DNA of 64,000 bases from a virus (IMGVR_UViG_2974508059_000001:64001-128000); one strand, 5' to 3'; shown: positions 36,536 through 45,599, counted from the first letter of the stretch. Program-made: numbers and translations. The notes: a model not told the origin generated them from the sequence alone.

Positions 36536-36994
36536 ATGGAAGACAATCTTGAATACAGATACCACGGTTTCGGTCATTCGCCGGAGTATAAAGTCTGGTG
36601 GTCCATGCGCGAACGGTGCACTAACCCAGAAGACCCGGCGTGGGATAAATATGGCGGGGCAGGTATCGGGTGCTCTGAAGGGTGGAAAAAGTCCGTTGCG
36701 TTATTCATGCACGACATGGGCCTTCGCCCCTCCGATAAACACACCCTAGAGAGAATCGACAACAGCAAAGGATACAGCAAGGAGAATTGTCGCTGGGCCA
36801 CGCGTAAAGAACAGGCGAGAAATAGACGCAGTAATGTCTTTGTTGAGTATAAAGGTGAGAAGTGGTATTTGACAGACGCCGCTAAAGACATGGGGATGTC
36901 TTATCAGAATCTACAGAAGCATTTAAGAAAGGGCAGGACAGCAGACGAAATAGCCGCCACATGGAAGAAAAAGTACAAGTGCGAACGAAAATGA
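36536..36994 (+). CDS. Free-standing HNH-type homing endonuclease
   Basis: Y..W..M..RC.NP......YGG.GI, TLERIDNSKGY...NCRWAT..EQ..N; A-rich codon usage. Confidence 0.85.
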   Translation: MEDNLEYRYHGFGHSPEYKVWWSMRERCTNPEDPAWDKYGGAGIGCSEGWKKSVALFMHDMGLRPSDKHTLERIDNSKGYSKENCRWATRKEQARNRRSNVFVEYKGEKWYLTDAAKDMGMSYQNLQKHLRKGRTADEIAATWKKKYKCERK

Positions 36995-37018
36995 TTTCAG
37001 ATAGATATAATCATCATG
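36995..37018 (+). promoter_or_regulatory. Putative early promoter, class I
   Basis: tttcagatagatataatcatcatg. Confidence 0.7.
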
Positions 37019-37069
37019 AGAGAATACTAATACTCTCTTATAATCCACTTAAACAAAAGGAAATTTATC

Positions 37070-37375
37070 ATGGGCTTATTATCTAAACTGTTCGGCGAAG
37101 AAACCACCACCACTTCTGTTAAGAATCCACTGGACAACACTATCGTTGTTGACAAAGACCTTGGCTTCTTTGCTGAAGAAGTTGCACGTATCGGTGTTGC
37201 ATTATCTCATGCACACTCTCGTAGCGACAGCCGCAAAATGGCACGCTGCTTAGCGGCACTGCGCTTACTGCGCGAAATGAACGAAGACTCTGGTTTCCAG
37301 TTGGCAATGCCTAAGAACCTGAGCAAATATCGTATGCGTAAAGCACGCGGCGATTTCCCTTTCCTGAATGTATAA
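37070..37375 (+). CDS. Hypothetical early protein (101 aa)
   Basis: AAGGA RBS, biased codons. Confidence 0.8.
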   Translation: MGLLSKLFGEETTTTSVKNPLDNTIVVDKDLGFFAEEVARIGVALSHAHSRSDSRKMARCLAALRLLREMNEDSGFQLAMPKNLSKYRMRKARGDFPFLNV

Positions 37376-37403
37376 ACTAATCATCCCCCTCAAGGAGTTC
37401 ACC

Positions 37404-37610
37404 ATGTTTAATGCAGTTCTGTCCATCGTCAGCCGTTTCACCACTAAAGAAGTAGTAGAAGTTGCTGCTCCCGTTGTGGAGCCGCGCCCGGAGAATTTCG
37501 GCGTGCGTCTGGCTGTGCTGTGCACAGACCTGCATCAAGCAATGGCTGATAACCGCTGGAAGGATGTCGAAGTTCTGCGCAAGCAGATTGACGCCCTTCT
37601 GGGTAAATAA
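37404..37610 (+). CDS. Small protein with UVR-like helical hairpin
   Basis: AAGGAG RBS; L..L..DL..A.....W..V..LR.QI..L. Confidence 0.7.
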   Translation: MFNAVLSIVSRFTTKEVVEVAAPVVEPRPENFGVRLAVLCTDLHQAMADNRWKDVEVLRKQIDALLGK

Positions 37611-37614
37611 AAGA

Positions 37615-37640
37615 GGCACCTTCGGGTGCCCTTATTTTTT
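37615..37640 (+). terminator. Rho-independent terminator
   Basis: ggcacc-TTCG-ggtgcc followed by a T-run. Confidence 0.85.
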
Positions 37641-37665
37641 CTGTAAATTGTAAGGAGTAATCACA

Positions 37666-38298
37666 ATGGATAATAACCAAACCAAGCGTATAGGTAATCG
37701 TCGTAGCAACCTGCCGATTGTGGGAGAGGTGGTGTATATAAGGGGTCTTCTTACAGAAGATTCTTTTGACCCTGCGAAAATTGAAAAGCGTGGCGGTGTC
37801 GTTAAGATGCTGGACTACAAAACAGGCGTTCATCTCCGTTTGTACCGGAAAGCCGTGGACTACATGCTCTCTCTGGCAGAGTTCGCGGACGGCTATAAAG
37901 CTGTCGGCATGGAATCCACTGTGGCGGTATCGGATTACTCAGCTCACATCGAGCAGCTTTTCGAGGCACTCGAGGCTGTCGAAACTGTGTCCGAAGGCAT
38001 TCCAACCACCCTTGCGGAGTCTGCGCAAGAAAACGTCCCCGGGTCAGAAAAGCAGCCAGCATTAACGTTGGAACTGGCGGAGGTGATGGCGTGGCTGAAT
38101 AACCCTAATGCGGTTAACGGCTTAACCCTAGAACAGGTCTTGGAACTGACCCAAGCGCTCCAAATGCAACTTGGCTACATCGTCGGGAAAGTTGGACTGT
38201 TGCATAACGAAGCGACGCGTCCCGAGCGTACCAGTTCACTGCTCGGCGGTAGTTCCCTACTCAGCCCTTGCGGTAGTAGCCAATCTTTTAGACTCTAA
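37666..38298 (+). CDS. Hypothetical protein (210 aa)
   Basis: TAAGGAG RBS. Confidence 0.8.
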   Translation: MDNNQTKRIGNRRSNLPIVGEVVYIRGLLTEDSFDPAKIEKRGGVVKMLDYKTGVHLRLYRKAVDYMLSLAEFADGYKAVGMESTVAVSDYSAHIEQLFEALEAVETVSEGIPTTLAESAQENVPGSEKQPALTLELAEVMAWLNNPNAVNGLTLEQVLELTQALQMQLGYIVGKVGLLHNEATRPERTSSLLGGSSLLSPCGSSQSFRL

Positions 38299-38334
38299 TA
38301 GACCCATCGACCTTTTATCCGTAAGGAGTAATCT

Positions 38335-38982
38335 ATGTTAACACCAGTCCAGTCTCTGTTAGATGTAACGTACGCCCCTGCCATCGCTGGCATGAAAGAT
38401 GGCGTAGAGCAATTTTTGACAACCGTCGAGAGCGTGCCTTTCGACCAGTTTGCGTATCTGAACGAAGACTTTGAAGTTGAGCAGCTCGCCATCTGCTTCT
38501 TGGATGCAGACGTTGTCAGTGTGGTTATCCAAGGGGGCTTAGATAAAGCGGCCATTAAGTCACTGACCAACTACTACACCAACGCCGTTGCGGTGCGTGT
38601 GTACTACAGCGATCAAGAAGATTTCCCGAAAGGCGATGACTGGTCTGTAGAGGGCCTGTCGTTCCTGATGGACAATCCACCGTTTGACGAATCCCTCCCA
38701 GCGTTCGAAGCGACGCAGGACGATGTGTTCGTTACCATCAAAGTCGGCGACAAGGCCATGCTCGGTACCCTGCTCAGCGACCTCAATACGTTCTCGGTCA
38801 TGGCAACCGGTGAATACCAGCCTGAGATGGAAAACGAACTGAAAGTGGCGATGGCTTATTGTAATGGGCAAGAGTGTCGCTTACTGGTACAAGCGTATCA
38901 CAACTCATGGATAAAGCCGATGCTGGACATGGGCTTTGAAGCAAACCGCTGGATTCTCAAGGCTGACTTCAACCACCTCTGA
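38335..38982 (+). CDS. Acidic protein, possible degenerate tandem-GNAT fold
   Basis: TAAGGAG RBS; ends L.V...H.......MGF, like GNAT motif B. Confidence 0.5.
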   Translation: MLTPVQSLLDVTYAPAIAGMKDGVEQFLTTVESVPFDQFAYLNEDFEVEQLAICFLDADVVSVVIQGGLDKAAIKSLTNYYTNAVAVRVYYSDQEDFPKGDDWSVEGLSFLMDNPPFDESLPAFEATQDDVFVTIKVGDKAMLGTLLSDLNTFSVMATGEYQPEMENELKVAMAYCNGQECRLLVQAYHNSWIKPMLDMGFEANRWILKADFNHL

Positions 38983-39062
38983 TAATTTACAGCACCTACC
39001 GATGTTATAGCCGCCGCTGTCCGGTTAAAGACAGCCCCAACCTTAATTGAGAGAAAATAGAA

Positions 39063-39824
39063 ATGGCTAAAGTATTTGCGACCTACCAAGAGATGCAGCA
39101 GACAGTTGATGTCATGGCAACGATGATTTCCATCAACCACAAACGTCGGCTGGTTTTTTATCGTGAGAAAGCAACCAACCATTCTGTGCGCACCATCCGT
39201 ACCGCAATTATTGATCTGACAACAGACGTGGTCACGCCATTGCAGGCCTCGTTTAAGATGGACGGTCCGACCAATGCTCCATTGACCCCAATGGCGAAAT
39301 GGAAAGGGTTTCGTCATGCCTTCTCTAGGTTCTTCTTTACGCGTATTGCTCGTAAACCGGAGTTGTTGTTACTGGCGAACAACCGTGACCTCAACTTACT
39401 GGTAACGGAGCTGCCTGAGTTAGCGTATCTGTTGGAATTCAACAAATACCTGAAACGGGCCTGCTTCACGCACATCGCAGCAGAAGACATGGAGAGCAAG
39501 GACGGTTGGCCGACCTACTTTACGTGGTCATCAACGCACCGCCATCAACACAGTGTCCGCCAGATACTCGTAGGGCGTACACTGAAATGGCGTGGCAATG
39601 GTGTCAGCAGCAGTCTGCCGCATGTCAACGTTGAGGTTAATATCTCAAAGTACGGCATCACGGCGAAAGACATCGGTAAGATTCAATACCTGAGTTTTGC
39701 CTTGACCTATCCGGTTGCAGATTGGCCAAAGATTGACGATTTACTGCAAGACCCGCAGATTGAGCCACTGGTTGACCTGTGGTTATGTCCGCGTATTACT
39801 ATCGAGCCGAAGCACGCCGGTTAA
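39063..39824 (+). CDS. Hypothetical protein, paralog of 39856
   Basis: FF..IA.KP..L and W.K..D.L..P.I motifs. Confidence 0.75.
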   Translation: MAKVFATYQEMQQTVDVMATMISINHKRRLVFYREKATNHSVRTIRTAIIDLTTDVVTPLQASFKMDGPTNAPLTPMAKWKGFRHAFSRFFFTRIARKPELLLLANNRDLNLLVTELPELAYLLEFNKYLKRACFTHIAAEDMESKDGWPTYFTWSSTHRHQHSVRQILVGRTLKWRGNGVSSSLPHVNVEVNISKYGITAKDIGKIQYLSFALTYPVADWPKIDDLLQDPQIEPLVDLWLCPRITIEPKHAG

Positions 39825-39855
39825 AGCGTGACCCTTACTCATTGGAGATAAAAGA

Positions 39856-40530
39856 ATGGCAACACTGGATTTCGTTAAGAAAGGTATGGCGATTGAAGAA
39901 CTGACAAAGAAGCCGAGCGTGGTAGAGCACCCTGAACTCCCAACGATTATGATGGCGGGACAGAAGCTGCTTCTGCTGAGCGACTCCGTTGCTAACATCC
40001 ACTTCATTGTGGCGGAAGCCGGCGGCTTTGTTACGCGTGTCTTCAACCGGGTAAAGCCTGTGGCTGATGGAAAGGCCACGCTCCTTATCTATCGTCAAAT
40101 CATTCGCGACGAACGCGGCATGTACTTCTTTAAAGTCTTGGCCAGTAAGCCTAAGGCGTTGGAAGCTTTCATGAAGCAAGACCAGCAGGGACTGATTGCA
40201 GCTTCACCGCTGTTCTACGGTCTGTGCCGGGCGTACGTGGAATCAGGACAACACCGCATCAGCGGTTTAGACACACGCGAACAGTGGTCTGCCCCGCAAT
40301 GGGTGGGTTCGCTGCGGGGTGAAGTGGCCGGGAAAGCCATTAACTTCAAACGCACCGTGGGTTATCGTCCTGCAACCAAAGATACACGTGTTGTCTATCG
40401 CTTCGAAGGCGCATTCGGAATGACCCTGACCTTAGCGCAGGACTTACCGGGTGTGTCGTGGAGCAAAGCTGCGGACTATTTAGCGTTGCCGAAAGTCACG
40501 GCAATTCTCAAAGAGTTCTACGAGCTGTAA
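39856..40530 (+). CDS. Hypothetical protein, paralog of 39063
   Basis: GGAG RBS; FF..LA.KP..L and W.K..D.L..P.V motifs. Confidence 0.75.
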   Translation: MATLDFVKKGMAIEELTKKPSVVEHPELPTIMMAGQKLLLLSDSVANIHFIVAEAGGFVTRVFNRVKPVADGKATLLIYRQIIRDERGMYFFKVLASKPKALEAFMKQDQQGLIAASPLFYGLCRAYVESGQHRISGLDTREQWSAPQWVGSLRGEVAGKAINFKRTVGYRPATKDTRVVYRFEGAFGMTLTLAQDLPGVSWSKAADYLALPKVTAILKEFYEL

Positions 40531-40535
40531 TAAGC

Positions 40536-40570
40536 AGGCCACCTTCGGGTGGTCTTTTTCTTTTATTTTT
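40536..40570 (+). terminator. Rho-independent terminator
   Basis: aggccacc-TTCG-ggtggtct followed by a T-run. Confidence 0.85.
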
Positions 40571-40591
40571 ACACTAACTCCCGAATGTATG
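40567..40591 (+). promoter_or_regulatory. Putative middle/late promoter, class II
   Basis: ttttac-N15-tatg. Confidence 0.5.
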
Positions 40592-40623
40592 TATCACGCT
40601 CATTATAATCTCAGGAGTCATTC

Positions 40624-41577
40624 ATGCCCATTATTCGACTGTCAGTCGGTGTGCTAAAAACCCAAGAGTTTGCACATCTGGCCGATAACCCCAAACTGTG
40701 GATGCGACTTAAGTCGCACGTTAAAGATGACGACATGCGCGTCTATGCCTTGGTTACCGCCGGTGGCATTCCCCAAGCTTACGCGGTGTGCAGTTACACC
40801 AGTGGGTCTACGTCGCTGCTGTGCAGTTACTTCGAAGACCTTATCCCGGCCAGCATTAACCGTCCGTTCTGGTTGGCGCTACTCGACTACACCGGCTTTG
40901 ACGTTCTGCGTATCGTTGCCCCGAACGACACCATCGGTGAAATCGTTAAGGGTTACGAGTTCAAACTGGTTGAAGAGATGTGGGTCGGTAACGTTACACC
41001 GTACCGTGGCTTCCCGGTCTCGGAGAACATCCACAGTGTCTCTGGTGATGCGTTCTATAAGCTCAGCACCGAAGATGTGGAAGACCTGCACAAACTCATC
41101 TGGGCGGCAACTGTCGCTGAAATTAATACCGATGTCTTGGAACGCCGTCTCACGCAGATGGTGCCCAACGGTATGGATGAAGTGCTGGGACGCACCGGGG
41201 ATTACCACTACGAAGTGTTTGTGCTGCGTGAACCCGAGCTGAAGAATAAAATCATTGGCTTTGCCTACTGCCACAAACTCGAACCGGGTTATATTGCGGT
41301 TGGGGGTCTAGGTGTTGCACAGGAGCACCAGAACAAACGTCACGGGCGTAAGCTTGCGGCGGCGGTATTGGCCCACGCCTCGGGGATGACCGATCAGGTG
41401 TACGCAACGGTGTTGTCGCAGAACCATGCGTCACGTCATCTGTTTGCGGATATCCTAAAGTTCAAACCGGTGATGTCCGTTTACGGCATCAGTCGCAACG
41501 AAGTGGATAAGCCTGTACCGCACGTAACCAAGGTCGCTGCTGAGAAGCGCGCCAAACAGATGCTGGGACTGTTATAG
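40624..41577 (+). CDS. Tandem-domain GNAT acetyltransferase
   Basis: C-domain IIGFA, LGVAQEHQNKRHGRKL (motif A), V...N.AS..LF. Confidence 0.8.
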   Translation: MPIIRLSVGVLKTQEFAHLADNPKLWMRLKSHVKDDDMRVYALVTAGGIPQAYAVCSYTSGSTSLLCSYFEDLIPASINRPFWLALLDYTGFDVLRIVAPNDTIGEIVKGYEFKLVEEMWVGNVTPYRGFPVSENIHSVSGDAFYKLSTEDVEDLHKLIWAATVAEINTDVLERRLTQMVPNGMDEVLGRTGDYHYEVFVLREPELKNKIIGFAYCHKLEPGYIAVGGLGVAQEHQNKRHGRKLAAAVLAHASGMTDQVYATVLSQNHASRHLFADILKFKPVMSVYGISRNEVDKPVPHVTKVAAEKRAKQMLGLL

Positions 41578-41656
41578 TCCGAAGGCACGGCTAACTATTA
41601 TAAAAGGGTGAGCGACGCTCTGGATAGCTTACAGGGCGTCTGACGAGGTATTTCGG

Positions 41657-42478
41657 ATGAAGCGATCGTTTATAAAATGGATGGGGGGTAAATCCCGTGT
41701 AATGGATGCGCTGAAGCACCATCTTCCCAAGGGGGACGTGTTCATTGAACCGTTCGTTGGCGGTGGGTCCGTGTTTCTGAACACCGACTATCCTGAATAC
41801 ATTTTGGCCGATTCAAATCCTGACCTTATTCAGTTAATGGAAGTTGCCGCATACCAGCCGGCGTTGTTAATTGAGCAAGCGAAGGTGTTGTTCGGCGGTG
41901 GTGAACGTGATGATTACATGGCGCACCGCAAGGCCTTTAATACCCGGGACGGGGAGCCGCACGTCAGGGCTGCCATGTTCCTGTATTTGAATCGCCATGG
42001 TTACAACGGTCTGTGCCGTTACAATAAATCTGGGGGGTATAACGTTCCGTACGGTCGCCACCCCAGTAAGCCGTATCTGCCCGAGAAGGAGATTCTCGAA
42101 TTTGCAGAGAAAGTGAAGAAAGGAAAGGTGACTTTCTTGTGTGCTGACTTTCAGCAGACGGTTGCACTCGCACAACAGCAGAATAAGCGTAAGGTCGTCA
42201 TCTATTGTGATCCGCCTTACGTACCCAGTAGCAAAACATCTTCCTTTGCGCAGTACCACAAAAACGAATTTGGTCAAGCCGAGCACCGTGCATTAGCCAA
42301 CGTGCTGATGGACGCCAGACGCTCGGGGGCCAAAGTGGTATTGTCAAACTCCGATACCGTTCTGACCCGCGATATCTATCACGGCTTTACCTTTCACACG
42401 GTAGAAGTCGGTAGACACATGGCGGCGAAGAAAGAGAAACGGGGTAAAGTAATTGAAGTGATTGCAACGCTATTCTGA
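41657..42478 (+). CDS. dam: DNA adenine methyltransferase (Dam-like)
   Basis: FIKWMGGK, IEPFVGGGSV, FLYLNR.GYNGLCRYN..G.YNVPYG, YCDPPY, LSNSD. Confidence 0.95.
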   Translation: MKRSFIKWMGGKSRVMDALKHHLPKGDVFIEPFVGGGSVFLNTDYPEYILADSNPDLIQLMEVAAYQPALLIEQAKVLFGGGERDDYMAHRKAFNTRDGEPHVRAAMFLYLNRHGYNGLCRYNKSGGYNVPYGRHPSKPYLPEKEILEFAEKVKKGKVTFLCADFQQTVALAQQQNKRKVVIYCDPPYVPSSKTSSFAQYHKNEFGQAEHRALANVLMDARRSGAKVVLSNSDTVLTRDIYHGFTFHTVEVGRHMAAKKEKRGKVIEVIATLF

Positions 42479-42481
42479 GAG

Positions 42482-43318
42482 GTGCCTATGCGAGTTTATG
42501 ATTTACGCGACCAAACCACACACCGTGAGAAGGTGAACTTCAACGGAGCAACGACCATGATAGGCAGTGTCTATCGGGCCGTCCAACACTTACTGGCGGG
42601 CAAGCTGGTGAGTTCGGAAGTGTTCCTTGTGGTCACCCGGGGTAACAACGCACAGATGATGTTCACCTGTGACCGTGATAACCGCTGTCTGTATATCCAC
42701 GGTGTGACACCTTTGGCGGACACGCCTTTTACAAATTGGAAGACACTGCTGAAGCACCTTGAGTGTGAGGTCGTGGATGTGACGTGTAACCCGCACGATT
42801 ATGAACGGCACGACGATTGCAGGAAGATGGGGTTGGTCAATGTCAGTCAGCGCGTCAAGATAGCGGTGGCGCGTCAAGCACCCCTGCCGGAGATGGTGTA
42901 CTGGCGATTGGATGAAATCAACCTCACGCAATCTGTCGAGCTTGGGCGCATTGCGCTGAACCGTTCGGGTAAGTTTGGTCAGTCCCTGCTTGAGGGCTTA
43001 GCCCTTGGCAATACCACCGGCGTTGTGGTACCCAATGATGCAGGCGACATCGTTGGGGCGCTGTTGTATGTTGATGGCGAAAAGGAAATTCAATCGGAGG
43101 GCGTCATCATTAATGCGGCCGCAGGTACCCCTGTGTACGTGCAGTGGTTTATGTTATTGATGAATGCTTTTATACGTGAAGCTAAGCGGTTACGTAAACC
43201 GGCTATCGCCTCCTTTGCTCCGGCAATCGATGTGAAAGTACCGATACCGCATGTTGAGACTACAGTTGTCACCGTCCACTTCGGTTTGGCTGGACGGGAG
43301 GCAGGCGCAGTCTTTTAG
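42482..43318 (+). CDS. Hypothetical protein, possible degenerate tandem-GNAT fold
   Basis: GDIVGALLY beta-hairpin, LM..FI.EAK.L..P; N-domain ends ..KMGL. Confidence 0.5.
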   Translation: MPMRVYDLRDQTTHREKVNFNGATTMIGSVYRAVQHLLAGKLVSSEVFLVVTRGNNAQMMFTCDRDNRCLYIHGVTPLADTPFTNWKTLLKHLECEVVDVTCNPHDYERHDDCRKMGLVNVSQRVKIAVARQAPLPEMVYWRLDEINLTQSVELGRIALNRSGKFGQSLLEGLALGNTTGVVVPNDAGDIVGALLYVDGEKEIQSEGVIINAAAGTPVYVQWFMLLMNAFIREAKRLRKPAIASFAPAIDVKVPIPHVETTVVTVHFGLAGREAGAVF

Positions 43319-43327
43319 GAGAGACTG

Positions 43328-44065
43328 ATGATTAATGATATCACCGAGCAGGTTCTGCGTGGTGAGGGCATCGACCCTCAGTACGTGGATATGGTCAACG
43401 CGTGGCTCGCGCTGCCCGTTGAGCAGAAGACTGAAAAGCGTGTCTTCATTATCGCCAAAAACCGTTTGATGTTTATGGTTATCGACCGGGAGTTCTTAGT
43501 GGGTACTGTACAACAGTACATTGCCCTTAATGACGGCCCGGCGGATATGACGATGCTACCGGCGTATTTAGGTTTGCGTGAGATTCACCTTTATACCCAA
43601 CAGCCGTCACTCTATGAACCAGACGGATGGCGATTAAGCCGGGTTATCATGACGAAAGAAACCGGGTTCTCTACCTCGTTTCCTGTTTCTGTTGAGACGA
43701 ACGCAGTGCTCAGTGAAAACGAGTTATGGGATTTCTTAGTGCTGATGCGAGAACAAGGTCAGACGGAAGTGCTAAGAATGCTCGGCGAAGGTACGGCGTG
43801 TATCCATGTTTACCGTGATGGGTTAGAACGTGGGTTCATTGTAACAAACGTTGAGGGGCCACTGGGTCTCTTGGCAATGGTAGGCGAAGGTATACCGGCG
43901 TTCGACGCACTTATTCGGGCGTTTGACTATATTGCGGGTCAGCGGGGCTTTGGCACCGTCGCAGGCACTTACGGCAACCCCTTACTGGGTGTCGCTGCAG
44001 AAATTGGGTATGTACCCACACTCACCACTGTCATCCTGACAGACCATTTAACAGAGAAGGAGTAA
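43328..44065 (+). CDS. Hypothetical protein, possible degenerate tandem-GNAT fold
   Basis: LGLREIHLYT...LYE..GW; DG..RGFI...ALI.A....A..RG......N......EIGY. Confidence 0.5.
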   Translation: MINDITEQVLRGEGIDPQYVDMVNAWLALPVEQKTEKRVFIIAKNRLMFMVIDREFLVGTVQQYIALNDGPADMTMLPAYLGLREIHLYTQQPSLYEPDGWRLSRVIMTKETGFSTSFPVSVETNAVLSENELWDFLVLMREQGQTEVLRMLGEGTACIHVYRDGLERGFIVTNVEGPLGLLAMVGEGIPAFDALIRAFDYIAGQRGFGTVAGTYGNPLLGVAAEIGYVPTLTTVILTDHLTEKE

Positions 44066-44067
44066 TA

Positions 44068-44346
44068 ATGCAGATCAATCGTCGTTTAGCAAAAAACAAA
44101 GACATCGTTTATGAAGTTAAAGACGGTAACGATGTCGCGTTCCACGGTTTAGTTGACGTCAACACGCGTCGCTTACACATCGTGGTACCCGAAACTGTGA
44201 CACGCGGTATTGAGCGCGCTGTGGTTAAGCTTGTTGCGAAAGCCAAGCATCGGGATGGGATTCTCAGTGAGTACACCACTCACGAGTTTTCTGAGTTTGT
44301 TGAAGAAGGCGGTGAAACGCTGATTAAGCAGGCAGTCGCTGTTTAA
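44068..44346 (+). CDS. Small protein, possible GNAT-like fragment
   Basis: AAGGAG RBS; LHIVVPETVTRGIERAVV. Confidence 0.5.
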   Translation: MQINRRLAKNKDIVYEVKDGNDVAFHGLVDVNTRRLHIVVPETVTRGIERAVVKLVAKAKHRDGILSEYTTHEFSEFVEEGGETLIKQAVAV

Positions 44347-44379
44347 TTGTATGACCCTACAACTGTTCGAGGTTAGACC

Positions 44380-44838
44380 ATGAAAGTAATCGAACTTGAG
44401 CAGCTGCCACAGCATGACTTCGACCAAGGCCTCCGTGACCAAACGGGCGTCACTGGCGAACAATTCTGTTCGACCTATAACGAAGTCATCACCGGTGAAC
44501 CTCTGGACGACGAGCACATGTCGCGTTTTGAGAAATCACTGGTGGGGGCGCTGAACGAGCGTGCGGGTGCGGTTGCACTTCTGCACGAACTGGCCTTTTC
44601 GGATATCGATCCGTATAACGCAAGGCTGATTCTGGAAAAGGGTGTTGTCCCCGCGGATGAGATTCTTGACAAGGCAGCGGTATTGCGGGCCAACATCGAC
44701 GAGCTTATCGAGGACTATCTGCCTCAGTTAGCCGAGCTCGAGGTTACTGGCGAAGGCGACAATGTCCGTCAACGCTTAGCCCGTTATGTCATCGCATCGA
44801 TTCTGTTTGACGATCGCGAAGAAGAAAACGGCGACTGA
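44380..44838 (+). CDS. Acidic hypothetical protein (152 aa)
   Basis: GAGG RBS; D/E-rich. Confidence 0.75.
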   Translation: MKVIELEQLPQHDFDQGLRDQTGVTGEQFCSTYNEVITGEPLDDEHMSRFEKSLVGALNERAGAVALLHELAFSDIDPYNARLILEKGVVPADEILDKAAVLRANIDELIEDYLPQLAELEVTGEGDNVRQRLARYVIASILFDDREEENGD

Positions 44839-44843
44839 GAATG

Positions 44844-44878
44844 ACCCCTTACCGCAAGGTAGGGGGTTTTCTTTTTTT
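44844..44878 (+). terminator. Rho-independent terminator
   Basis: accccttacc-GCAA-ggtagggggt followed by a T-run. Confidence 0.85.
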
Positions 44879-44899
44879 ACACTGCACGTCCTCTTTATG
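44875..44899 (+). promoter_or_regulatory. Putative middle/late promoter, class II
   Basis: ttttac-N15-tatg. Confidence 0.5.
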
Positions 44900-44928
44900 T
44901 ACAACAACTGAAACGGAGTAATAACCCC

Positions 44929-45255
44929 ATGTGGTTAAGCGCTATCAATCGTGACCTCACGAAATATAAGAACACCACCCTGTCTTCAACTGGCGACCAG
45001 GGTCAAGAAATCGAAGTTGGTCTGGGCTACGTCACTGGGATGGAAGAAGGCCAGTATGTGGTAGAAGACGACCAGCAGAACGAGTTTTTGCTGTTCCACC
45101 CTGAGGTGGACGTCTCTGAGATTAAGCCTCCGTGTGCGGTTGCGTCGTGGCAAGACCCGTCGAACAACGAATGGATGTGGGCGGTTGCAGAAGTCACCAG
45201 TCCGTCAACCTTCAAAATCGTGGGCAAGCACCATGTCGAACCTGAACCGCATTGA
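44929..45255 (+). CDS. Hypothetical protein (108 aa)
   Basis: GGAG RBS. Confidence 0.75.
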   Translation: MWLSAINRDLTKYKNTTLSSTGDQGQEIEVGLGYVTGMEEGQYVVEDDQQNEFLLFHPEVDVSEIKPPCAVASWQDPSNNEWMWAVAEVTSPSTFKIVGKHHVEPEPH

Positions 45256-45559
45256 GTTAGGGGCCGACTGCGATGCAACGCTTCGTGCACGTGTCGCAGC
45301 GTTTGGTCCGCCGTTAGGGCAATCGCTTGAGTGTCGTGGCTTCTACGCGGAGTGCATTGATTTTGACCGGGAGAACGTAACGTTCCGCCCGCGTGACAGC
45401 GGGGATGAGTTTACCCTGCCAACGTCGGTGTTCGCGTATATCCCCTGTGTTGGGGCCGTGACGTATATCGACCGGGTGCATCATCGGGTGCTGATTCATA
45501 TCCCGGACAGTCCGTCCATCGTCGATGGCATCTCCGGCTTTTCTCGCGAACGCACATAA
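45233..45559 (+). CDS. Hypothetical protein (108 aa)
   Basis: Overlapping start at ATG 45233, followed by a hairpin. Confidence 0.7.
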   Translation: MSNLNRIELGADCDATLRARVAAFGPPLGQSLECRGFYAECIDFDRENVTFRPRDSGDEFTLPTSVFAYIPCVGAVTYIDRVHHRVLIHIPDSPSIVDGISGFSRERT

Positions 45560-45562
45560 CCT

Positions 45563-45590
45563 GACTCCCTACCCGCAAAGGTAGGGAGTC
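45563..45590 (+). terminator. Hairpin/terminator
   Basis: gactccctacc-cgcaaa-ggtagggagtc. Confidence 0.75.
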
Positions 45591-45599
45591 TGTATTTCA

